A stretch of 64,000 nucleotides of DNA from Takakia lepidozioides (taxonomy: Eukaryota > Plantae > Bryophyta). This document shows, piece by piece, positions 38,101-49,272 of this stretch. The position numbers and the translations under genes are program-made. The notes under the pieces were generated by a model. It did not search any database. It was given only the letters and a program-made list of their open reading frames with translations, and was not told where the DNA came from. The DNA is taken from NCBI GenBank assembly GCA_030704615.1, contig CM060731.1, positions 22,444,001 to 22,508,000 on the forward strand. The letters run 5' to 3'. Numbering within the stretch: position 1 is the first letter of the stretch; each line of letters starts with the position of its first letter.

Positions 38101-39280
38101 GAGAAGTTGTTGAAAGTGGCCAGCCGCAAGCCAGCCCTTTGCGTGTGAATTGTTTGTCGTCTAGGTAGCTTGTGATTGCTCCTGGACGGCCAACCGTTCT
38201 GCAAAGGGGGGACAGTTACCCCATGTATAGATTTTGCTCGTCTTGTGTAAACTTTGAGAATTGGTAAGCCATTCAGGGTACCAAATCTTTCAGTTACACG
38301 ACAGAGGTAACAGAGATGAGGAGAAGCTGTGGAATGAATACTTTTCTGGCCCCAGTCAATGGTGGGACAACCGAGGCAAAAAGGTGAATGCCTGTTAGAT
38401 TACAGAGAGTAGCAGTCAGCATAGGAACTAGTGTGATAAGCTGAGTTGGGTGTTTCCTAGAACAAATGTAGGCTGTCATTGTCAGCTGCTAGCAGCAAGG
38501 CAAGGATGAATGCATGATTTGTGCAGAGGCATGGATAGCTGAAGGAGCAGGGATAGAGTGTGGGTCCAGATTCATCCAAGAGGGCCAGATTCCAAGCACA
38601 AGATTACCTATGATTCCCTGTGGATCAATAGCTACAAGAATCTTGCATGGGTAGATGGTCAACTGGAAGCCGCAGCAGCAGCGGCACAATTGATAAAATC
38701 AGGCACTGCTAATCAAGGCACCTTCTTCAACACATTTCACCCTGTTTTTCCCTCTTATCAGAATTGGCCCTAAATTTCCATGTTGAATTCTGCAAGTTAG
38801 CTGGTTGAGTGAATCTAGTTTGGAGTGACTTTGACACGATACTGCCAATGTGACAACAGGAAAGTATCCAAAAACAGGTAACAGAGATGAGGAGAAGCTG
38901 CGGAACAAATACTTTTCTGACCCCAGTCAATGGTGGGACAACCGAGGCAAAAAGGTGAATGCCTGTTAGATTACAGTGAGTAGCGGACGAATTCAGCATA
39001 GGAACTAGTGTGATAAGCTGAGTTGGGTGTTTCCTGGAACAAATGTAGGCTGTCATTGTCAGCTGCTAGCAACAAGGCAAGGATGAATGCATGACTTGTG
39101 CAGAGGCATAGATAGCTGAAGGAGCAGGGATAGAGTGTGGGTCCAGATTCATCCAAGAGGACCAGATTTCAAGCACAAGATTACCTATGATTCCCTGTGG
39201 ATCATTAGCTACAAGAAACCTGCATGGGTAGATGGTCAACTAAAGGCAGCAGCTGCAGCGGCACAGTTGATAAAATCAGG
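32120..39280 (+). repeat. Five tandem two-exon modules (~570 bp) encoding OSB-type PDF motifs
   Basis: A exons 32120-32179, 32862-32956, 33428-33522, 34507-34532+38315-38383 and 38860-38954 end AAG|GT (e.g. LWNEYFSDPSQWWDNRGKK). B exons start CAG|ATT at 32569, 33140, 33716, 38570 and 39147 (e.g. IHPRGPDFKHKITYDSLWINSYKKPAWVDGQL). Confidence 0.88.
34533..38304 (-). mobile_element. Non-LTR retrotransposon (APE-RT LINE, RTEX/L2-like), frameshifted
   Basis: APE (GQETW, LLGDFNARVG, IVDY, SDH), RT (QGCTLSP, FADD), C-terminal CPLC...HFLIHC; 10-bp TSD aggtaacaga (34523-34532 and 38305-38314). Confidence 0.93.
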
Positions 39281-41768
39281 CACCTCAACCATGACCACAG
39301 CTTCTGAAAGAGGATCAAGAGAGGGAGTCCATAATGTCTCTTCTGGTTCTTCTGGGCATGTGAAGGTGCTTTGTGAGGCAGGCAGACTGAAAGAGGCTCT
39401 ACAGACTTTAACCCAAGGAGGCATTTCAGCAGATTCAGATACATATGTCTGTCTCTTGCTTACGTGCATCAAGATGAAAGGTCTGGAAGCTGGAAAGCAG
39501 GTGCACACTCACATTATCCAAAGTGGATTCACGCCAAGTGTTTTTCTCCTCAACACCCTCGTCAACATGTATGTTAAGTGCGGGAGCATCATGAATGCTC
39601 ACCAAGTGTTCAACGGAATGCCTCAACGATCTTTGATCACGTGGAATATAATGTTGGCAGGATTTACCAAGCATGGGTGTGGTAGGAATGCTTTGGAGAC
39701 CTATGAGCAAATGCTGCGCGAAGGGGTGAAGCCCAACCACGTCACATTTGTGTGCATTTGCAATGCATGTGCAAGCCTGGCAGCTCTGGAAAAGGGCAAA
39801 GAGGTCCATGGCGACATTGTCAGAGCTGGAATTGTACCAACTGTCATTCTGAACAATACTCTCGTGGACATGTATGCAAAATGTGGGTGCATCGAGGATG
39901 CAAAGGGAGTGTTCGACAGTATGGCTGAACGAAATGTGGTGTCGTGGAGTGCGATGATTGCAGGATATGCACAGCAAGGCCGCGGGATGGAGGCTTTGGA
40001 GACCTATGAGCAAATGATGTGCGAAGGGGTGAAGCCCAACCACATAACGTTTGTTTGCATTTGCAATGCGTGTGCAAGCCTGGCAGCCCTGGAAAAGAGC
40101 AAAGAGGTGCATGCTGACATCATCAAAGCTGGAATTGTACCAAATGTCACTCTGAACACTGCCCTGGTGGACATGTATGCCAAATGTGGGAGCATTGAGG
40201 ATGCAAAGGGAGTGTTCAACAATATGGCTGAACGAGATGTGGTGTCGTGGAGTGCAATGATTGCAGGATATGCACAGCAAGGGCGCGGGATGGAGGCTTT
40301 GGAGACCTACGAGCAAATGATGTGCAAAGGGGTGAAGCCCAACCACATCACGTTTGTTTGTGTTTGCAATGCGTATGCAAGCCTGGGATCCCTGGAAAAG
40401 GGGAAAGAGGTCCATGGTGACATCGTCAAAGCTGGAATTGTACCAAATGTCATTCTGAACACTGCCCTGGTGGACATGTATGCCAAATGTGGGAGCATTA
40501 AGGATGCAAAGGCAGTTTTCAACAATATGGCTGAACGAAATGTGGTGTCGTGGAGCGCGATGATTGCAGGGTATGCACAGCAGGGACGTGGGGTGGAGGC
40601 TTTGGAGACCTATGAGCAAATGATGGGGGAAGGGGTGAAGCCCAACCACATCACGTTTGTGTGTGTTTGCAATGCGTGTGCAAGCCTGGCAGCTCTGGAA
40701 AAGGGCAAAGAGGTCCATGGCGACATTGTCAGAGCTGGAATTGGACCCGATGTCATTCTGAACAATGCCCTCGTGGACATGTATGCCAAATGTGGGTGCA
40801 TTGAGCATGCGAAGGGAGTGTTCGACAATATGGCTGAACGAAATGTGGTGTCGTGGAACGCGATGATCGCAGGATATGCCCAGCATGGTTGTCATAGGGA
40901 GGTCCTGCAACTATTTGAAGGAATGCAAAAGAACGGCTTGAAGCCGGACAGTGTCACCTTTATATGTCTTCTCTCTGCATGCAGCCACACTGGCTTACTG
41001 AATGAAGGAAGACGCTACTTTGATTTCCTGAGTCAAGATCATGGTGTCACTCCGACAGTAAAGCACTTTGGCTGTATGGTGGACCTTCTTGGACGTGCGG
41101 GACAACTGGATGAGGCAGTGGAACTGATTAATAAGATGCCAATCAATCCAGATGTTGTGGTGTGGAAGGCCTTGCTTGGTGCCTGCAGAATCCATGGCAA
41201 TGTGGAGATGGCTGAACGTGCGGCAACATCTATCCTCAAGTGGGATGAACATGATGCCGAGACTTATGTGTTGCTATCAAACATCTATGCTGCAGCTGGC
41301 AGGTGGGATGATACTGCAAAGGTGAGAAGAATGATGAAGGTCAGAGGGGTTACAAAGGAGCCAGGTCGCTGCTGCATTGAGGTTGGTAACAGGGTGCACA
41401 CCTTCGTTGCAGATGACAAGTTGCATCCCAGAATTAAGGAAATCCATGCTGAGCTGAGAAGATTGTCTGGGCTGATGAAGGAGGCGGGGTATGTGCCTGA
41501 CACGCGCTTTGTATTGCATGATGTGGGGGAGGAGGAAAAGAAATTTTCTCTTTGCCACCACAGTGAGAAGCTGGCCATTGGTTTTGGGCTGATCAGCACG
41601 ACCCCTAGGACGCCTCTCCGTCTCATTAAGAATCTTCGAGTGTGCGGTGACTGCCACACCTCCACCAAATTCATCTCAAAGATTGTTGGCCGAGCAATTG
41701 TTGTACGGGACGCCAACCGCTTTCACCACTTTGAAGATGGGATTTGTTCTTGTGGGGATTACTGGTGA
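39147..41768 (+). CDS. PLS-E1-E2-DYW pentatricopeptide RNA-editing factor; terminal exon begins with the second half of a PDF motif
   Basis: 17 P/L/S motifs, PG box (KEPGRCCIEV), HSEKLA, CGDCH, C-terminal DYW; splices in frame from exon 38860-38954. Confidence 0.95.
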   Translation: MHPRGPDFKHKITYDSLWIISYKKPAWVDGQLKAAAAAAQLIKSGTSTMTTASERGSREGVHNVSSGSSGHVKVLCEAGRLKEALQTLTQGGISADSDTYVCLLLTCIKMKGLEAGKQVHTHIIQSGFTPSVFLLNTLVNMYVKCGSIMNAHQVFNGMPQRSLITWNIMLAGFTKHGCGRNALETYEQMLREGVKPNHVTFVCICNACASLAALEKGKEVHGDIVRAGIVPTVILNNTLVDMYAKCGCIEDAKGVFDSMAERNVVSWSAMIAGYAQQGRGMEALETYEQMMCEGVKPNHITFVCICNACASLAALEKSKEVHADIIKAGIVPNVTLNTALVDMYAKCGSIEDAKGVFNNMAERDVVSWSAMIAGYAQQGRGMEALETYEQMMCKGVKPNHITFVCVCNAYASLGSLEKGKEVHGDIVKAGIVPNVILNTALVDMYAKCGSIKDAKAVFNNMAERNVVSWSAMIAGYAQQGRGVEALETYEQMMGEGVKPNHITFVCVCNACASLAALEKGKEVHGDIVRAGIGPDVILNNALVDMYAKCGCIEHAKGVFDNMAERNVVSWNAMIAGYAQHGCHREVLQLFEGMQKNGLKPDSVTFICLLSACSHTGLLNEGRRYFDFLSQDHGVTPTVKHFGCMVDLLGRAGQLDEAVELINKMPINPDVVVWKALLGACRIHGNVEMAERAATSILKWDEHDAETYVLLSNIYAAAGRWDDTAKVRRMMKVRGVTKEPGRCCIEVGNRVHTFVADDKLHPRIKEIHAELRRLSGLMKEAGYVPDTRFVLHDVGEEEKKFSLCHHSEKLAIGFGLISTTPRTPLRLIKNLRVCGDCHTSTKFISKIVGRAIVVRDANRFHHFEDGICSCGDYW

Positions 41769-44700
41769 AAGGATGTTTTCTTGGAAAGATGCGAGTTTCT
41801 TGCTTCATTCATTGATCTGTGTAGCTACTCGGATCATCCACCATTTCCTGAGAGTATTGACCATGATGTACTGTTGAGTGAATTTCCTGTGGCATATCCA
41901 CGGGAAATGATAGTGGGGTCTACCCGGCATAGGTGGGAAGTAAGCCCATAATTGCACTTGACTGAAGGGGTGATATTTGACTGATTCTGGTGAGAAATCA
42001 GAGTGCTGTCCTAATTCTGGATTTGGGTGGTGGAGCTGCTCCTAAGCTTGAAGATGGAAGTGAATACGAATTTTAATGAGCTTGATAAGAGGGGCTGCCC
42101 TGTGCACAAGTTTGTTCAGCATCTTACATTTGGAGATGTTTGTTTGTTTCTTGTGGTGCGGCTTTGGATGGAGCCCTTGACGAACTTGCATGAATATTGT
42201 CAAAAGCTAGCCTTAACCCACCAAGATCCAATCCCATGGTGGCTGCTTGAAAGTTCATATAGTGATTGTAAGGGTATTTGGGTATGTTGTTATTGCTTGA
42301 TGCAGCTTGACTCCCTCACACTATAACATCGGTTTGTGCTGCATGTTGGAGTTCAAGGTTGGGGGACAGAGGCCACCCACTTCAGAACACAATCGCTACA
42401 GTTGGAGACCAGATTTGGGAGCATGTATGAAACAACTGTGCATAGTTTCATGCAACAATAAGCGATACTGCTAGTGTCCACCGAAGCAGGTCCCATATCG
42501 CTGGTGTGACTCCCAGTGTTCTCAGTAACTACTTGAGCTGCCAATCTCAAACACGCCGAAAAACTCTCCTGAAATCCCTTTCAAGAAAAGTGAGGTCTTT
42601 TTCTCTTGCTTCTAGTAACCGTCCAACATCCCAAAAACGAAGCTTTTGGTCCGTCATGTTGGTTCAATTAATATCAATAAAGTTACACCCAACTAAGGGA
42701 TAACTTATGTGAATAATGAGAGGAAGATATATGTATTGCTCCTCCTTTAGTTGTGAGGGCACAGTCGAGCCGTGGTGCGATGCTCAATTGTTGCGCAAAG
42801 GGTTGGGATTCTAGTTTCCTTGATGCAAGTTTTGGGATAAAGTAAGCATATATGAATAATGCCCCCCAAGTTTGCGTGGGCTCTATCCATTAGAGGATGG
42901 TCCAGGAATTAAAAAGGGGGGATATATAGTAAGCTACACAAGGATTTGAAGACATAACCGTTGTGTAAGGGGGTAAGAAAAAAGACAGTAGGAAGGCGAT
43001 AGCCATTAAACGGGGAATGGTCAGGTGCCAAATTGGGGTAAGCAGAGTACATGTGCCACGTTGCTAGGGGTGACATGTGGGGGCAACCTCTAGAAGGTCC
43101 CCCACCGCTTGAGGGGGTCGCGTCGCCCTGAGAGGGTATATAAAGGAAAAGCGCGCTCTCTCTTACTACTTACTAAGTTAGTACCTACTTTAGTTGGCTT
43201 TGCACACGTAGGGCCCCAAAAAACCCGCAAACATGAACGGGGAATGCTAGATTGTGAGCCTGCTCACGCGAGCCCAGGCTCACGTGAGACAGCAAGGCTC
43301 ACGCCACGTCACGTTTTAAAAAAAAACATACTACACCTATTTCCGCGGAATGTGCCTATTTCCGCATTTCGAATCTCCAAAGTCCACCCATCCAGGACTC
43401 CACCTTTATCATCCGTCGCTCATATACCATCCAGCGGAATTATATCATCCATCGCTCATCTATCATCCATCGCACCACTCCCTAGTGCGAAAGAGAATGG
43501 AGAGAAATATAAGTGGACATCATGCAATGGCTGCAGACATTCTATCCCAGGAGAACTTGCTCGCTCATAGAACTTTGGCGCTCACTCACTCAGGGAAGAC
43601 GACTAGCATCTATGTAAATACGGACTTCATTTCGCTTCACATCCCTCAAGGAAGTCCACGCTCAAGGAAGTTCGTATGTACACACGCGTGCCATGTTCCG
43701 GCACCGATGCCAGTTGTCGAAGACACCGTTTGGTCCTTGCCAAACTCCACGCAAAGAAGCAGAAAAGCTTCACGAGGAACAAGATGCTCTGAAATGCTGC
43801 AAGTTGCGACAGTAACAATACAATGTTTAGCCTACACCAGGAGGACTCCTTTCTTATGAACCAGGAGTGTGTTGTGGTGTGCATCAACGCACACCACTTC
43901 CAATTGCAGAAACCAGATGCCATGAAAAGACATAGGGTTTAGGGGGTTGGAAGGGGAAGATCACCAACTGGCATCGCCTGGAATGGATGAGAGACGGGGC
44001 TCTAGACGGCGTGCGCCAACACACATCACTTCTTCCTTGGCTTCATTGTTGATATGCATCTGCAACCGCTGCTAGGTGTTGAAGACCAACGTCCGTTCCT
44101 TGCCAAATGCACACGAATGGAAGCAAAAAGGCTTCACGAGGCAACAAGATACTCTGACATGTTGGTCACATGTGCTGGAGGAGGGGGTGGTGGAGCTGAT
44201 GGGCATAGAGGAGGAGGAAGTTGCCTTGACTGCATGTGGTCCAGAAAACTTAAGAAACAGTCGAGGTTATCATTGAGATATGATGTGTGAATTTCTGAAT
44301 GTGTGTAAGTGGAAGCATGGGTGTAAACAAGGAAATACATCCTGAAATTCACACATTCATATAGGCTTGGGCTTGGTGCCACAACGTGTCCTATCCTTAG
44401 AAAAACGTTTGAGGTTACTGCAGCCCCAGTCCAAATCAGAAAAGAAGGATTTTTTTTTTTTTTTATTTTTTTGGTGGGTTGACGGGCCTGTAAAACACGC
44501 ACACCAAACCCCCCCCCCCCCCCCCCCCCGAAATAAATAAATTAAAAAACAAATCTTTTTTTTTTCTTTTTTTTTCTGATTTTGAAGTCATGGGAGTCTT
44601 CTTTCATCACGGGGTCTTCTTTCTTCGTACTGTTTCTTCACGGTTATAGGTCCCTCGGGAATATGCACCCTTTTTCCCCCACCCCCACCTGTCCTTTGAC

Positions 44701-46537
44701 ATCTGCTGACGTGGTGGACGCTCACGTTTACGTGGCGTGAACGTGGGCTCATGCCACGTCACGGTGCTTGAGCCTGGGCTCACACAACGTCAGCCAAGCG
44801 TGAGCCTACTCACGCGCTAACTTCTCTCAACATGAACCATACATAGATATATTAATTAACCCCTAAGCGCCCGCGCGGCCCGAAACGGGCCCCCAGCCAA
44901 CTTCGGCATATGTGATTTTGCGAGATCTGTTTCAATTTCAAAAACAAAATTTGCCTAAGAAGACGTCACATGTGAGGAACAGGTGTGCAAAGCGGATTGG
45001 GTAGTTGTTAGGTTTAGGGATCCTTCGATCGAAGCAGCAGGGGGTCGGCGGTTGCTGCTTTCCGCGGTACAAGGCTTATCTCACACCAGTGTGAGAATGA
45101 GCCATATAGTGTACCATCCACACAATGGGGGTCAACTATATGATGTGGCATGCTGATTAGACATGGTGTGAGAAATGTTACTGGGCTTCTTTTACACTAG
45201 TGCGGATTATGCCACATTGGTAGGACACGTGGATAAAGGGACTCAGATCAACTGTATGACTATGCGTGTTGACCAAGGTTTGTCTCATAGCAGTGTAGTT
45301 TGTCTTACAGCAGTGTGGAGTAAGTCACTTTGTCAGTACACGTAGATGTGTGAGAATGACAGGTGACAAGTATGGATGATTTAGCTCATATGAGCAAGTA
45401 TGGATGATGGATGATGGATGATTTAGCTCATATTTGTGTTGGGCAAGAGACATGGAAGAGATGGGGCAAGAGACATGCATAGTCTAGGATATTTCGGACA
45501 ATATTATAGAGAGGTCCTGGGCCTCGTGAAGTATCTCGAATGTGTGAGAAATCATGTTGCATGACTGTGACGGTATATATAACTATGACTAGACGTGTCA
45601 CACTCTTTATATTTCAAAGTTTGTTATGTTTATATATGTATGCATGTTGTGCATGTATGTGTAATAGACTGTGTATTGGTTAGTGTATAGTGACTTAGTC
45701 ATGTTATAATGAGGAGGTCTTAGGTTCTTGAGTGTATTGTTTAGTAATGTGTGGGATGGTGTGCGGTCAACCATTGACCTGGGATGGGGGGGATCAGCGG
45801 TCAATGCATATTTCAAATTTTGAATTTTTGAACCGCCAAAATTTAAAATTTAAAATTTGAGTTTGAATTTTGAATCTGAATTTTGGATTTTGAATTTCGC
45901 CACATTATCAAGCAGGGTGTAAGATAAGCCGCCAAAAAATCCAGTTGAAACGGATGTAAAAAAAATCAGTCAAAACGGGTGTAAAAGAAAACCATGTCAA
46001 AAAAGCCAGACAGGCCGGGCGCCATGGAGGGCAGCATAGGCGTGAGCAGAACCCCGTGAGTAGATTCCTTTATGCGTGAGCAGATTCCCCGAAGCGTGAG
46101 CAGATTGAAAGTGTGAGCAGATTACAGATGCGGACCCTAGAACCGGGGGAACAAGTGGGCCTATTGCCGTGGACGCAAACTCCACTACAACGACGCAATT
46201 TCTTCTCTATCGGACCGGAGACAGACAGGCTCCATGACGACAATGTGGCACGAATGTGCAATGAAAATTTTACGGATGAATGTATTTGGGATGGACGTAA
46301 AAGGGAATGGATGAACGTTGGATGAGTGGCGGATGAAAAACTGCCCAGATGATTAAACCATGGATGACTGTAACAACATCTATCTTCAGGGATGAGCATG
46401 CGCAGGGAAACAGGCATTAAGCTGTCGTTACTTAAATCGCAGCCTCATGACAAATGAACCCATGAATATCTCCCCAGAACAAATATGTCCCCTGGAAAAA
46501 ACCATAGGGGGGACCTTTTTTGTGCAGAGAAGCAGGC

Positions 46538-47220
46538 ATTGAGGTGTCGTCAACGACATCTTAATTCCCAACCCTGTTGGGACACGACAACGAATCATAA
46601 GTTATGTAGTCCGAGCAATTTGTAGATGTCATTCACCCCAAATAGCACACCAGAAGAGCAGCCAAATTAAGGTGTCGTCAACGACACCTTGGGGGGTGGA
46701 GAGGAGGAAAATAAAATAAAATAAAATAAAATCCTTGGAAAACTTGCAAATGAACCCAACCCTTGCTTTGCGAGTAAAAGACCTGGCGTTTACCCAGCAT
46801 GGATTTCTGGTCACCAGGAAGAAGGACATGACAACGAATCATAAGTTATGTAGTCCGAGCAATTTGTGGATGTCATTCACCCCAAATAGCACACCAGAAG
46901 AGCAGCCGGATTAAGGTGCCGTTGACAATACCATAATCTGGCACCTTGGGGGGGGGGGGGGGGGGGGGGAATAAAAAATAAAAAATTGGAAAACTTGCAA
47001 ATGAACCCAACCCCTGCTTTGCAAGCAAAAGATTTGGCGTTTACCCAGCATGGAGGACATGACAACGAATCATAAGTTATGTAGTCCGAACAATTTGTAG
47101 ATGTCATACACCCCAAATAGCACACCAGAAGAGCAGCCAGATTAAGGTGTCGTCAACGACACCTTAATCTAGCACATTTGGGGGAAAAAAAAACAAAAAC
47201 GGATTAAGGTGTCAGATTAA
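46538..47220. repeat. About three tandem copies of a ~235-245-bp unit with a palindromic core
   Basis: gacaacgaatcataagttatgtagtccga at ~46586, ~46830 and ~47061; palindrome attaaggtgtcgt-ca-acgacaccttaat. Confidence 0.8.
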
Positions 47221-49272
47221 GATGGACCATTCGGGGAATAAATAAATAAATCGGACTTTTTTTTGTTTTGGTTTTTTTTTTGGAAAACTTGCAAACAGAT
47301 TTTGAGTTGTCATGTTATATGGAGGCTGCAGCGTGCGATTTAGTCTCATCTCATCTCCCCATCGTGTGCTTTACGACAGAGATGGTTTTCTGCAGAGCAG
47401 GGCTAGTGTCTTCATAGACAGTTGTGCCTTCGTTTTGGACACTGCCTCCAGTAGCAGTGGATATTCTTTGTCGGAATGAATCGACTGTTTTCAAACAATT
47501 TTTATTAAAGCACCAAATGGCCTCTCCACCTTCTTTGCAATTGGGTGTGAGCATCTCTCTCGACTTAGAATACCTGGTAAAAGGACACCCACAACCCTCC
47601 TCAGTTGGCACAGGTTCACTCTGGAGCTCGGGGGATTTGCCACTACTGAAAAATGCTTTTAAATTTTCCATTCATCCACAAACTACATTCATCCAGTGTC
47701 ATTCATCCAACAGACATTCATCGGCCATTCATCCATCATTCATCCGTCATTCATCCATAACGATGAATTGGTATGCATGTTATATTGGACACTACCTGCA
47801 GTAATAGGTCCTCTAAGCCGAATAAGTGAGCAGATCCTGAAGCATGAGCAGAAATCTGCTCACGAAATTTTCTGCTCACGCTTTAGCAATCCCCGGCGCC
47901 ACGTCAGGAGGGTGTAGATGGGTGTAAGCTGGCTTTTTCGACACCACTGGTTTTTTCGACATGGTGGCGGAATCGACACGGTTTACCTGACACCCAGGGT
48001 GGTGTGAGCAGGTGGCTTTTCTGACACCAGCAGGTGTAAGAAAGGGTGTTTTTCAAAAAGCCAGTTTCTCTTGTAGTGCAGCTAGCCGTTTCTGTTTTGC
48101 ATAGGTTGCCCATTGCATTCTAGTATTTCGTGGAGCTGGTTCCATAGCTTGTGAGTGGAGGCATTAAGGGAGAAAAAAACTTGTAAGACTAAGTGGGAAG
48201 CTTTGAAGTTCTGCTTGACGGCTGTCAGAGATCAGAAACTATGGTGCTTGTCAATGCGCCTTCTCCTACACTGGCACATCTTGCCAAAGAGGCTGCTATC
48301 ATCGCATCTTGGTCTTGGGCGAGGGAGATTGGTGTCGCAGATGAACAGATCGTTGTGTTGGTTGGGACCCTGTACGATGACTACTTGGTAAGCCTCAAAC
48401 GCCCTAAGCGCGTTGATTGGCCTTCTTTTCCACAACCTACGGATTTTAGGTACCTCTGGCGGAGGCACGCTGCGGATTTGCTAGGTTGGGTGGAGCGAAA
48501 GGTTGAGGGTGAACCGACCACTGGCTTCTTCAATGCTGTCAATTCAGTGTTGAGGGACAGTGTTTGGCCCGATTTCAATTCATCCTCCGGTACTTCTAGC
48601 CTCATGATGGGTAAAGTGCCTAATCCACCTGATTTTGATTTTGGGCATGATCTTCCTTCTCATGTGCCTAATTCGTACTCTCTGCGATCTTCCCAAATGG
48701 AATATCGCGATGTGCATGGGCATACCCATACTTGAAGAATTGGGTGTCTTGAGCCAAACTGTGAGAATCCTATGTGCAAATCCGTCATTGTCCGAAGGTG
48801 CCTCATCATCAACGTCTCCTCTGTGGATGTATGGGACTGTGATTGAACGTACCTGGGACATCTGGATTTTACCTCGTATCCTTTTTTGGAAGTGGTTACG
48901 TTCAATTTGTCTCTTCTGGATTATGTGAGTTCATAGACATAGAAAGGACATAGATGGTGAGGGGCCCGACCTATTTCCACGGAGAAAGAAAAATGTTCTT
49001 AACGAAGCCGACCCTAACTGCAGTGGGGCGCGGGCCTTACCATTTCATAAGGGTGAAGTCACCAACTCTGAATCCAAGTGAAATAATTCAATTATACCCA
49101 CCACATGTGTGCTTCAGCACCAATAGGTGATTTAAACAGAAAACATGGGAAGGTTCCTGGAATGGGGAGTTGTGAGTTGTGACAGGCCTTCCCACATTTT
49201 AAATCTTGAGAACCCCCCAGTTGCTCACAATGGTGCAGATTCCAGGGTTCGCAATGAATAGAGATGATGGAA

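Noticed and set aside
39435-40910. 491-aa minus-strand ORF
   Set aside because: Antisense shadow of the repetitive PPR coding strand
43109-44820. ORFs and a short inverted motif (gagcccaggctca) suggesting a DNA transposon
   Set aside because: No recognisable transposase motifs, and the termini are undefined
45073-45930. Possible MITE with 15-bp TIRs (ggcttatctcacacc / ggtgtaagataagcc)
   Set aside because: No TSD, and the boundaries cannot be supported from a single copy
46538-47220. Palindromic repeats resembling a CRISPR array
   Set aside because: The intervening sequences are themselves repeated, there are no cas genes, and the context is eukaryotic
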